Part shown: in pieces, positions 38,301-47,275 of the stretch | How positions within the stretch are numbered: position 1 is the stretch's first letter | How the letters are laid out: the number at the start of each line of letters is the position of its first letter | Assembly (NCBI GenBank): GCA_965221165.1 | Contig: CBDCRP010000003.1 | Coordinates: 64,001-128,000 of the forward strand | Length of the DNA: 64,000 bases | Direction of reading: 5' to 3' | Source: a bacterium | GTDB lineage: Bacteria > UBA8248 | Program-made: the position numbers and the translations under genes | Notes under the pieces: generated by a model | The model's input: only the letters and a program-made list of their open reading frames with translations | Told to the model about the DNA's origin: nothing | The model's database searches: none

Positions 38301-38542
38301 CTCAGAGCGCGTTCCGGATCGAATGTATCGCGCAAAGAGGAGAGCAACTGCAATAAAAATTTCGAATTGTTTCGCGGAAACGTCGGGTGCAAAGCAAGGG
38401 ACTGCAGATTTCTGGTTACCCCTATCGGGTCACTGACTCCGATTAAACCGAGAAGGTCTTTCGCCGCAGGGGTAGGGGCACCGCCCGCCAATAGCTTTTC
38501 CAAGTGGGGAAACCCCGGATGCTCGTCAATCTGACCGCTCAT
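35327..38542 (-). CDS. glnE: Bifunctional glutamine synthetase adenylyltransferase/adenylyl-removing enzyme
   Basis: Two nucleotidyltransferase halves: GMGKLGG.ELNFSSDID..DTRLRPEG and GLGKMGS.EMNYGSDLD..DLRLRPEG. Confidence 0.95.
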   Translation of the reverse strand: MSGQIDEHPGFPHLEKLLAGGAPTPAAKDLLGLIGVSDPIGVTRNLQSLALHPTFPRNNSKFLLQLLSSLRDTFDPERALSNFERILATRDNPDSLLKALARSDERRAELFSLAGGSQFLIETILRHPHFLDWLLRPATLKAVRTKEKMVSEMWRWVRDGQDFPNGPENAMRRFRQREYLRIAVLDLLRRASLQEITYNLSCLADACLEVAVRIARAELERKYGKPRYQNAKGQWRNTEFSVLGMGKLGGLELNFSSDIDVVFIYSSDDGQTSGVADSITGRIKRQISNYEFSAHMARRVISLMGKNTEEGHVFRIDTRLRPEGSQGALAHSLRSCEVYYESWGETWERQMLIKSRHCAGSAALSDDFMKMIRPFVYRRTMDISVLEEIGRIKGRINENLKGADAATRNVKLGEGGIREIEFITQALQLIYGGRETLLQNSSTLQGLSIIEALGLLPAHECDQLSNAYVFLRDVEHRVQVTHGLQTHEIPTDEKSLNVLARKMDCAVGDELKTRLTYHQNNVSKIFENMFRSENGDEETESESGSPTPTLTLGDSLSAEDLASYSFVDPEGVSTHLKLLRNGASLEHVSAKAKRIFDELLPRLLYQTLDLPEPDRAIAHLNKFVEKGGGRESILGFMAEQEESLEIILKLFASSNYLAEVLIEQPGLLETLFQTKTLSEPRPKELLAEELKKIAASQISAEEKFNRLHLLKKSEELAIGIRSILGAADIQETLSALSHLAEATLRSGYEIAHERMLKLYGVPMEADTGDKARFAIIGLGKMGSEEMNYGSDLDLIFVYSAAGNTSGEIDGKSAEYKSVSNHEFYIKVATCLRDGLSSSGSRDRTYEMDLRLRPEGAKGALAAPIDVFREYFNNRAKTWERQALTRSRHAAGSEGFGAEFMELVSEFVYEREAPADLAEQVRHMRGRIENELSAEDEGIADIKLGRGGIIDIEFLTQYLLIKNGRAHPELRIANTYFALQALNKAGMLSNEDTGALLDGYRFLRLVENRLRIGNAQSINIFLKTRRAMDMLARRMNFVDDMDGSANAKLLALFEKHTGLVREVYEKIVVANN

Positions 38543-38573
38543 ATGACATCTCCCCGAAATCACCTATTCCAGA

Positions 38574-39788
38574 CTAACGTATAGGATCTCCCGGATTCGC
38601 CGCCGCCTGGTGAAGCGCCGAATTCTCCTCTGTTCTGGGCAACCAAGAGAAAGCGACCAGACTTCCCATGCATGCGATGCCGATTGCGCCAAAAACGAAT
38701 TCCAGGCCATATGTATCCGCCAGTATACCCAGAAAAAACAACCCCAGGCCAACAAAAATCTGATTCGCCGTAAAAATAACGCCGACGACGCTGCCGGCCA
38801 GTTCAGGCGGACTGACCTCAAAACCGTATGCGAAGATGGCCGAGCGCATGGAGATGAGGAAAACACCAACCGATGCGATGCAAACATAGAGGAAAATTCC
38901 CGTGCCCACGTGGGGAATCATGAACATCGCGATTCCGCCGGCGGCTATCCCGACGAAGAGGATCAACTTTCGGGAAATTCTGTCGGAAAGATAGCCGACG
39001 ATCGTTTCGGGAAATATGGAGGCGGCCGAATATGCGCCCAGCGCAAGGCCTAAGGTGCTCGGCCCCACGCCGTACTTTCTCACCAGCAAAATGGGCAGGA
39101 AAATCGAGACGACGTTATGCGCCAGCGTCCGCACGCCCGAGAAAACACAGGCTCCGATCATCCCGGGGTTCTTGATAAGCGCATCCACGAAATTGCCGGA
39201 AGTGATGGCGGAACCGGGCTTTTGCTTTCCGCTGGTTTGGAAAGGCTCCAGACAAACGCACAGGAGTATGGCCGTGGCGAACAGCGGAATCGTGTTCGCC
39301 AGCAATACGCCCCGCCACGTCATTATCAGGAGCAGATAACCCGCGATGATGGGGGCGAGGGTTTGTCCCAGGTTCGCGCCCGTTCCATGCACGCCCAGGG
39401 CGAAGCCTTTGCGGTTCTCGAAGCGCATTCCCAGCAAGCCCATAGCGGGTGGATGCCAACTGTGCGTCGCCAATCCGCTCAGCCATATGATGGGGGCCAG
39501 CATGAGAAATCCCGCCGAAAAACTCGCCGCGCCGTAAAACAGCCCGACGAAAGCCATGCACCCCACCAGCAGCCATTTCCCGCCGCCGTAAGCGTCGATG
39601 ACCAGGCCCGTTCCCACGCTGCTGAAAGCGCTCATTACGGCTCTGCCCGTAAACAGAAGTCCCACCTGGGTCAGCGTGAGGCCCAGATCTTCGGCCAGAT
39701 AAGGAATGACGGGGCCCAGAACGCCCTGGAACCAGTGTTCACAGGCGTGACCGGTGGTGAGCAGGGCGAGAAGTTGCCATTTCTTCAA
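38574..39788 (-). CDS. MFS transporter
   Basis: About 12 TM; GYLSDRISRK motif A; WHPPA, HGTGANLG. Confidence 0.85.
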   Translation of the reverse strand: MKKWQLLALLTTGHACEHWFQGVLGPVIPYLAEDLGLTLTQVGLLFTGRAVMSAFSSVGTGLVIDAYGGGKWLLVGCMAFVGLFYGAASFSAGFLMLAPIIWLSGLATHSWHPPAMGLLGMRFENRKGFALGVHGTGANLGQTLAPIIAGYLLLIMTWRGVLLANTIPLFATAILLCVCLEPFQTSGKQKPGSAITSGNFVDALIKNPGMIGACVFSGVRTLAHNVVSIFLPILLVRKYGVGPSTLGLALGAYSAASIFPETIVGYLSDRISRKLILFVGIAAGGIAMFMIPHVGTGIFLYVCIASVGVFLISMRSAIFAYGFEVSPPELAGSVVGVIFTANQIFVGLGLFFLGILADTYGLEFVFGAIGIACMGSLVAFSWLPRTEENSALHQAAANPGDPIR

Positions 39789-39964
39789 GGTTTCGTGTCT
39801 TTCATGGCGAAGTGATGGCGCGAAATAGAGACGGGAAATCCTAGCATTTTGATACGGGCGGGCATAGGCAGGGAATGACTCCTGGTTGCCGTTTCATATG
39901 GTCCGGCAAGGGGGAGTAAGTAAATTATTTGTAGCCTTTGATGAGACGGGATGGGTAAACTTCC

Positions 39965-40005
39965 GTAGGGTCGGGCATACATGGCCGCCACCTGTATGTC
40001 CGACC
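39965..40005 (+). repeat. GTAG-type REP-like palindrome
   Basis: GTAG-GGTCGGGCATACA-loop-TGTATGTCCGACC. Confidence 0.75.
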
Positions 40006-40008
40006 GGG

Positions 40009-40905
40009 CTATTTCCTCAGCTTGGGGTCGAGCGCGTCGCGAAGGCCATCCCCCAGCAGGTTAAAGGAAACACCACCCCCATGAGGGCCAGACCTGGAAT
40101 GGTGAGCAGATGCGGCGCCAGGGCCATGTAGGAGCGGGCGTCGGCGAGCATGGTTCCCCACTCAGGTATGGGAGGGGGCACCCCGATGCCCAGGAAGCTC
40201 AATCCAGCCGCCACGCGAATGGAAGTCGCGATCAAAAAGGTGGACTGGACGACGATGGGGCCGAGCGTTCCCGGGAAGATGTGAAAAAACAGAACGCGGC
40301 GGCTGGAGCCACCCATGGCCTGGGCCGCTTCCACGAATTCGGTTTCCTTTAAGACGAAAACCGAGCTGCGCACAAGGCGGGCGTAGGTGGGGATCGCAAA
40401 AATGCCGACCGCCAGCATGATGTTCTCCATCCCCGTTCCGATGATGGCGATGAGAAGAATGGACAACAGGATGCGCGGGAAGGTGAGCATGACGTCCACC
40501 ACCCGCATGATGAGGTTGTCTATCCACCCTCCTAGATACCCGCCGATCAGACCGAGCAGGACGCCCCCGAGCGCCGCGATAAGGACGGAGAAAACGCCGA
40601 TTAACAAGGAGGTGCGGGCGCCGTAGATGATGCGGCTCAGAACGTCTCGCCCGAAATGATCCGTCCCGAAAGGATGGGCGAGGGAAGGGTCTTTCAGCGC
40701 CTCCTGAAAATTCGCTTTTATGGGGTCATAAGGTGCAATAATGGGCGCCAACAGGGAAACGCCGATGAACAAGAAAGACGAAAACACACCCGAGCACCGC
40801 GACTTTGTGCAGGAAGAGACGGCGCAAGGTATCGGTCCACATGCCGCGAATCGGCTCGCTTTCCACTTCCGGTATGAGGGGTGCGGTATTGACGGCCTGG
40901 CTCAT
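40009..40905 (-). pseudogene. Orphan DppC/OppC-type peptide ABC permease with several frameshifts
   Basis: HPFGTDHFGRDVLSR..YGAR.SL, EFVEAAQAMG, PEWG.ML. N-terminus and DGLRDALDPK C-terminus lie in other frames. Confidence 0.8.
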
Positions 40906-41108
40906 TCCCCCGACCCTCAAGGTGGGGAGTGATTCCAGATAGCGCGCTGCATTGACTGCGGGCCGGAATGAGGGTGACCATTCACCACCGAAGATGACGG
41001 CCTTGATGTCGCGGGGGCTTGCGTCTTACCATGGCGTCACCATCCTGAGACCCTTGCGATTGAGCCGAGGCATCCCCCTTGCGTATCAATCCCGACCGAG
41101 GAGTTGAA

Positions 41109-42378
41109 ATGCGCAGATTGTTTTTCATCGGACAAGGTCTGGCGCTCGCTTTCATGGTGTTCGCGACTGCCGCTTTCAGCAGTGGTTTCAAATCGGGGCC
41201 ACTCGGTGCGGTTGAGATCAAGCGCGGTCAGCCGATCGAAATCCGCGTTCTCCTTTCCGATACGGTCGTGCCGTCCGTGTCCCCTCTCATTCAGACCGCC
41301 ATCGAGATAGCGGTCAAGGACTTCGGTCCCATACACGGGCGCCGGGTCTCCACCGAAACCCTCGACGAGATGTGCTCGGGCGAGGGTGGGCGCGCGACGG
41401 CTGAAGCCGTCGTTGCCGACGCGCAGGTCGTCGGCGTCATCGGCACCTTGTGCTCCGGTGCAGCGGTGGAGGCGTCGCCCGTCATCAGCAAGGCGGGTCT
41501 ATCGATGGTATCGCCGTCCAACACGGCGCCTGTCCTCACGTCCGACCTGTCCGGGAATGCCGGTCCCGACTACCACAAGGGTTACTACCGTGTTGTGGAC
41601 AACGACCTCATCGAGGCAAGCATTGTCGCGCATTTCAGCTACGATGAACTTGGATTGCGCACGATGGTGACGATCCATGACGGTGACCCGTATACCAGCG
41701 CCATTTCGAACGCTTTTGCCGTTGCTTTCAGGAAGCATGGCGGCACTGTTCCGGTCATCGCCCAGGTGGCGAAAGGCCAGACCGACATGGCCGCCGTTCT
41801 CGCCCGGTTCGAGGAAGCCGCCCCCGATGGCGTGTTCATCCCGCTCTTTCCGGCGGAGGCAACGTCCTTGATTCGACAGGCAGCCCGGCTCGGCGCCCTG
41901 AAAAGCGTGAGGAGAATCAGTGGCGCGGCCACATTGGCGGCTCAGTTTCTTGCGTTGCCCGAATCGAAAGGCGTCTATTTCACGGGACCTGATCTTGGAG
42001 ACAGCAGGAACACGAACCAGGCGACAGGCAGAAGCGCTGCGGACGTACTCACCGAGTTCAAGGCAGCCTATGGAGGGCCTCCCGACGTCCCCGTACTGGG
42101 CGCACGGCTATGACGCTACGACACTGCTACTCTCGGCCATCAAGCAGATTTCGGTCGTAGATGGGGAGACGCTGTACATCGACCGTGCGGCGCTCCGTGA
42201 CGCATTGAATCGCACCGCAGGTTTCCAGGGCATCATCGGCACGCTTACCTGCGATGACTTCGGGGACTGCGGCACCGGCCGCAGCGTGATACATCTGCAC
42301 ATGGACTCCAGTGTCACAGACCCGTCACTCCTGCCCATCGTGTACAAGGGTGCGCGGGAGTCGCACCCGCCTCAATAG
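41109..42378 (+). CDS. Branched-chain amino acid ABC substrate-binding protein (LivK-like), frameshift near 42081-42083
   Basis: Signal peptide; GVIGTLCSGA, SPSNTAP, IHDGDPY; second frame AHGYDAT..FQGIIG.LTCDDFGDC. Confidence 0.85.
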
Positions 42379-42790
42379 GCGTATTCCCGAAGCGCACTGG
42401 AAATCGGGGTTGGGACAAGGCGATCCGAGCAAATCGAATGATGCGCCGCACACCCCGTTACGACGCTGGCCCTGCCATCGAACAGGGCCTGGAACCGGCC
42501 CTGCAAAACCGCAACCCCCTCTCTTCTCAGTCAAAATTGATCCCCCACCGGCGTGACTGCGGGCTTGCGTCCTATATCCTGGAATCAAGATCAAGATAAG
42601 GAATATCGTTCTGAATGGATGAAAATATGTAAAAATTTGCAGTAGACCGGCAAAAATACATTTTCATCGAAAATAGAAATAATTATATATTTCAATTATT
42701 TACATATAATAGTTAAAGTATACAGACAAATATACTCGCTCATTTTCTCATTTTTGTTTCTTCAAGCCCCGTATTTACCCGCATTTAAGG

Positions 42791-42858
42791 TTGACTTCCC
42801 CAGAAAATATAAATAGAATCATTGGTAGGACAATCCCATAATCCCTTTGTAGGATAAT
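42791..42858 (+). promoter_or_regulatory. Sigma70 promoter with FadR-type operator(s)
   Basis: TTGACT (42791-42796), 17 bp, TAGAAT (42814-42819). TGGT-AGG-ACAA at 42823-42833 fits TGGT-N3-ACCA with one mismatch. GTAGGA(C/T)AAT repeated at 42825 and 42849. Confidence 0.75.
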
Positions 42859-42895
42859 ATGCGATTCTGAGGGACGTGAATAAGAGGAACTCTGT

Positions 42896-43636
42896 ATGCC
42901 CATTGCCGGCAGACTACATACGGTAAAGAAAACACGCGTCTATGAGGCCATTGTCGAGCAACTCACGGCATTGATACTCGAAGGCGAAATCAAATCCGGC
43001 GACAAGCTGCCATCCGAACGAGAGCTGTGCGAGCAATTCGGCGTTGGCCGCAACTCGGTTCGGGAAGCCACGCGCTCACTGGAATCCGCCAGACTCGTCG
43101 AGACGAGGCAGGGGGAAGGCACGTTCGTCACGGCGCACCCGGAATCTATGATCCACATTATTTCCGAAAAAGTCTCCTCCGATGCGGAAAGCGGCATCCA
43201 CCATATTTTCGAGGCGCGCATGGTCCTGGAGCCTCAAATTGTCGCTTTGGCGGCCGAGCGTGTGACAAACGCGGAAATGAAAAAACTGGAAAACACGCTT
43301 CAGCAACAACTCGATGCGGTGGAAGGCGGAGGCCTCGGCTTAGAGGAAGACACGCAATTTCACCTGGGCCTTGCCAAGTCTGCCCAAAATGAATTTTTGC
43401 ACCATCTACTGAGTAGCTTGCTTAATTCCCTGAGTGAGATGCGCGAACGCTCGCTTCGTAATAAAAGCGTGCGCTTTCGCTCATGGGAAGCGCATCAGAA
43501 AATTCTGGATGCCATCTTGACGAAAGACAGGAATCGGGCTATTGCCGCAATGATCAGCCACCTGGTGGAGATTGAGGGCAACGAGGTCGAATCCCATCTG
43601 AATCTGGAACAGCAGGCGCATATGGAATCTGTATAA
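42896..43636 (+). CDS. FadR/GntR family transcriptional regulator
   Basis: GDKLPSERELCEQFGVGRNSVREA, RQGEGTFV; FCD domain D..FH..A.N, H..I..AI. Confidence 0.93.
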   Translation: MPIAGRLHTVKKTRVYEAIVEQLTALILEGEIKSGDKLPSERELCEQFGVGRNSVREATRSLESARLVETRQGEGTFVTAHPESMIHIISEKVSSDAESGIHHIFEARMVLEPQIVALAAERVTNAEMKKLENTLQQQLDAVEGGGLGLEEDTQFHLGLAKSAQNEFLHHLLSSLLNSLSEMRERSLRNKSVRFRSWEAHQKILDAILTKDRNRAIAAMISHLVEIEGNEVESHLNLEQQAHMESV

Positions 43637-43725
43637 ATCGATTTTCGAGGAATTACGGCTTTAAGTGGAATACGCTTTAAGGAAAAAGTCCAACTTCATC
43701 AACTCCAAAGTGGGGGGTATCGAAT

Positions 43726-44913
43726 GTGAGTGTAATATCATTTGAAGTAATCTACAGAGGGATTTTTCAGAAAAGCCTTGCAGTGAAAATTTCACGGTCC
43801 TTGATTCTCGCGGCCGTGAAAGAAGGAAAGCCGGGCATCTCCTTCGGGCGCTACAGCGATTCGCCCGAGCGCAACGGAATTCCGGCCAAGCAGTTCGGCT
43901 ACATCGCGGACAACGAAGAAGAGCTCGAGTCCGTGGCTGCGCAATACGAGCCGAAGCAGGTGGATATCTCCATCTGCGTGGACGATACGCTTTGTAAGGG
44001 CGTGGAGTCCTGGGCATGGTACGGTCTTCAGCCCATCAACGCCGTCACGAAGCCCGGCGGCACGCTGATAGTCACGTCCAACCAGAAAGAAGACGAACTG
44101 GTCAAGCATATCCACCGCAGGGAAACGCCTTATAAGCTCGCGATCATCCCTGGTGAGGCGAGCTTCGCCGGCCTTTGGGTGTACAAGAACGACGGCACGG
44201 ACGCGCGCTGCCTGGGCGCGGCCCTCAAGGCCGAGCCCACCATGTGCTCCATCGCATCTCTGGAGTCGGCGATTCGCGAGAACATCGGCACGGAAACGCA
44301 CGTCGAAGCCGCGCGCGAAGTCTATGAAGACTTGCGCCCCGTCGAAATCGAACCGGGCGAAGGCAACGACGAGGTGCCCTTCACCTTCGAACTCCTCAAG
44401 TGGCACGAAATGCGCCAGGGCGTCGTCATCGACGGCGTAGGAGGCCACGAGGGCTTCAGGGGCGGCGAGGATGGTTATGAGCCGGGAAGAAACCCCTACT
44501 TCAAGAAGTGGTCGACCCGGACGATGCGCCCGGTGCTATCCTTTGACAAATGCACCAAGTGCACTCTGTGCTGGGTCGCGTGCCCGGACACCTGTTTCGA
44601 CGTCACGCCTGACGGCTTCTTTGACGCCAACATGGAAGCCTGCTGCGGCTGCGGCGTTTGTGAAGCCATCTGCCCCGTCCCAGACTGCATCACGATGGTG
44701 AACGAAGTCGTTTTCGATGAACGCGACAGCCAGTGGCAGATGTGGCAGGAGAACAAGGAAGATTACGACAAGTACATGGACGAGAAAATCAGCACCGGCA
44801 AGATAGAAGGTCGTCATCCGATCACAGGCCTTGCCGGAGCTTTTTCGGGAGTAGGCCTCGCAACGGGCCACAACCCGGAAACGGCGAAAATCAAACCTCT
44901 AAAAGATCTTTAA
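43726..44913 (+). CDS. 2-oxoacid:ferredoxin oxidoreductase fused gamma/delta subunit (oxalate oxidoreductase delta-like)
   Basis: Gamma-like N-terminus without GGQG; two 4Fe-4S motifs CTKCTLCWVACP and CCGCGVCEAICP. Confidence 0.88.
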   Translation: MSVISFEVIYRGIFQKSLAVKISRSLILAAVKEGKPGISFGRYSDSPERNGIPAKQFGYIADNEEELESVAAQYEPKQVDISICVDDTLCKGVESWAWYGLQPINAVTKPGGTLIVTSNQKEDELVKHIHRRETPYKLAIIPGEASFAGLWVYKNDGTDARCLGAALKAEPTMCSIASLESAIRENIGTETHVEAAREVYEDLRPVEIEPGEGNDEVPFTFELLKWHEMRQGVVIDGVGGHEGFRGGEDGYEPGRNPYFKKWSTRTMRPVLSFDKCTKCTLCWVACPDTCFDVTPDGFFDANMEACCGCGVCEAICPVPDCITMVNEVVFDERDSQWQMWQENKEDYDKYMDEKISTGKIEGRHPITGLAGAFSGVGLATGHNPETAKIKPLKDL

Positions 44914-44926
44914 CAGGAGCTAAACG

Positions 44927-46144
44927 ATGGCGACAGCAATCGAACAACAACAAGGTGCAGGAGTTCATCTCCTCACCGGAAGCGAGGTCATGGCTCATAT
45001 CTGCCGCCTCGCCGACGTCGATGTCATCACGGCCTATCCCATCCGGCCGTATGACACCGTGATGCAGTATGTGTCCAAATTTATCGCAGAGGGCGATTTC
45101 GACGCCGACTATATTCCGGCGGAAAGCGAGCACGGCCAGTTCGAGATCGTCAAACACGCCTCGGCTTGCGGAGCGCGGGTGTTCACGGGTTCGAGCGGAG
45201 TGGGGTGGCTCTATGCGATGGAGCCGCTCGCCGTTACGGCCGGCCTGAGACTGCCCATGGTGGCCCTGGTCGGCTGCCGCGCGCTCGATGACCCCGGCGC
45301 ATTCGGCACCGAGCACAACGACGCCATGCTCGTTCGCGATTTGGGCTGGATGATCAACTTCCCGGACACGGCGCAGGAAGTCATCGAGCTCGGGCTTCTG
45401 GCATATCGCGTCGCCGAGGACCCGAGAGTCTTTCTGCCGTGCGCCATCGCGATGGACGGAGCGTTCCTGACCCACAGCCAGGCGACCGTGCGGCTGCCCG
45501 GCCAGGATGAAGTCAACGCATTCCTGCCTCCCTACGACAGGGGAGACCTGCTCCTTCACCCCGACAACCCCATCACCATCGCGCCGCAGGCGAATGAAGA
45601 CTGGCTCATGGAAGTCAGGCGACAAAGCAGCGAAGCGGCGAAAAACTCCTATACCGTGCTCAAGGAAGCCCACGCCGATTTCAGTAAAACTTTCGGCGTG
45701 AACACGAATCCCTTCCTCGATGAGTACATGACCGAGGATGCCGACATCGTGCTTTGCGGCGTAGGAACACTGAGTCTGCCGGTGAAAGTCGCCATTCGCG
45801 AAATGCGCAAGGAAGGCAAGAAAGTCGGCATGGTTCGCCTGAAATGGTTCCGCCCCTTCCCGACGGAAGAGTTGCGCGCATCGCTCTCGCGCTTCAAGGC
45901 GGTGGGCGTCATTGACCGCGACTATTCCTTTGGTTCACCCTATCACGGTGGAATCGTGTACAATGAAGTGAAAGCCGCCATGTACGGGGCGGACAAGGCG
46001 CCTCACATGAAAGGATTCGTATGCGGCCTCGGCGGCCGTGAGGTGCTGCTCGAAGACGTCAAACAGATGGCCGACAAGGTCATTTCCATGGGTCAGAACG
46101 ACACGGCCGACAACGAAGTCGACTGGATCGGAGTGAGGGGATAA
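44927..46144 (+). CDS. 2-oxoacid:ferredoxin oxidoreductase alpha subunit (oxalate oxidoreductase-like)
   Basis: YPIRP, ESEHG, GARVFTGSSGVG, FRPFP, GLGG. Confidence 0.9.
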   Translation: MATAIEQQQGAGVHLLTGSEVMAHICRLADVDVITAYPIRPYDTVMQYVSKFIAEGDFDADYIPAESEHGQFEIVKHASACGARVFTGSSGVGWLYAMEPLAVTAGLRLPMVALVGCRALDDPGAFGTEHNDAMLVRDLGWMINFPDTAQEVIELGLLAYRVAEDPRVFLPCAIAMDGAFLTHSQATVRLPGQDEVNAFLPPYDRGDLLLHPDNPITIAPQANEDWLMEVRRQSSEAAKNSYTVLKEAHADFSKTFGVNTNPFLDEYMTEDADIVLCGVGTLSLPVKVAIREMRKEGKKVGMVRLKWFRPFPTEELRASLSRFKAVGVIDRDYSFGSPYHGGIVYNEVKAAMYGADKAPHMKGFVCGLGGREVLLEDVKQMADKVISMGQNDTADNEVDWIGVRG

Positions 46145-46146
46145 TC

Positions 46147-47175
46147 ATGGCGGAAACTTCTGAATACAACATCGGAACACAGGAACTTCCCTTGATGGGG
46201 AAAGTGAACGCCATTCCCCAAAAAGCGGTGGAAGAGTATTTCACCAGCGGGCACAGAACGTGCCAGGGCTGTGAGAGCGCGCTCATCATGCGTCTCATGG
46301 CCAAGGCGGCGGGCCCTCGTTCCATCATCCTGGGCAGCACGGGCTGCATGTACGTGGCGAACACCACGTACTACAGCACCCCCTGGGTGGTGCCGTGGAT
46401 GCACACGCAGTTGGGTTCCTCGGGTTCGGCCGCAACGGGAACGGCGGCGGCTCTCCGCGCATTGATGCGCAAGGGCAAGATGAAGGAAGAGCCGATAAAC
46501 GTCATCGCCTTCTGCGGAGACGGCGGCGGCATCGACATGGGCGTGTCGTCCATTTCCGCGGCGCTGATGCACGCGAAGTACAATCTGGCGATCATCTGCT
46601 ACGACAACGAGTCGTACGCGAACACGGACATCCAGATTTCGGGCGCATCCCCCTGGGGCGCCAACACGACGTTCACGCCTCCGGGCAAGAAGTTCCGTAT
46701 CATGCACGATTGCTGGAAGAAGAACATCGCCGCCATGTACGCCGTTGGACACGTACGCTGCAACTACGTGGCGACTGCGGATGCCTCATATCCCGCGGAT
46801 CTGATCGACAAGGTCCGCAAAGCCCTGGCCGTCAAGGGGCCGGCGTTCGTGCACACGCTCGACCCCTGCCCGAAGGGTTGGGACTACGACCCCTTCTACT
46901 CCCATAAACTCGGCGAATTGGCCGTGGAAACCGGATTGTTCCCCCTCTGGGAGATGACGGACGGGGCGCTCACCTATACGGGCATTTCCGCCCGTCAGGT
47001 GTATGGCAAACGCTCCCGCAAGCCCGTGCGCGAGTATCTCGAGACGCAGGGCCGCTTCCACCATTTCCTAGATGAAGATTTTGAATTCTTCCAGGGGGAA
47101 GTCGATAAAATGTGGAACGACTGGATGGTTCCCGGCGTGATTCCCTTCAAGGTGAATGACCCGAGCAAAAAGTAA
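46147..47175 (+). CDS. 2-oxoacid:ferredoxin oxidoreductase beta subunit (TPP-binding)
   Basis: GHRTCQGC, TGCMYVANT, GDGG..YDNESYANT, PCPKGW. Confidence 0.92.
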   Translation: MAETSEYNIGTQELPLMGKVNAIPQKAVEEYFTSGHRTCQGCESALIMRLMAKAAGPRSIILGSTGCMYVANTTYYSTPWVVPWMHTQLGSSGSAATGTAAALRALMRKGKMKEEPINVIAFCGDGGGIDMGVSSISAALMHAKYNLAIICYDNESYANTDIQISGASPWGANTTFTPPGKKFRIMHDCWKKNIAAMYAVGHVRCNYVATADASYPADLIDKVRKALAVKGPAFVHTLDPCPKGWDYDPFYSHKLGELAVETGLFPLWEMTDGALTYTGISARQVYGKRSRKPVREYLETQGRFHHFLDEDFEFFQGEVDKMWNDWMVPGVIPFKVNDPSKK

Positions 47176-47207
47176 GTGATTCGCCAGTACGTTCGTTAGA
47201 AGTTTCG

Positions 47208-47238
47208 GGGCGGGGTCCGAAAGGGCCCCGCTCTTTTT
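47208..47238 (+). terminator. Rho-independent terminator of the oxidoreductase operon
   Basis: GCGGGGTCC-GAAA-GGGCCCCGC followed by TCTTTTT. Confidence 0.85.
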
Positions 47239-47275
47239 CGCTCACGCCTGAGCGCACGAATACAAAGAGACGAAG

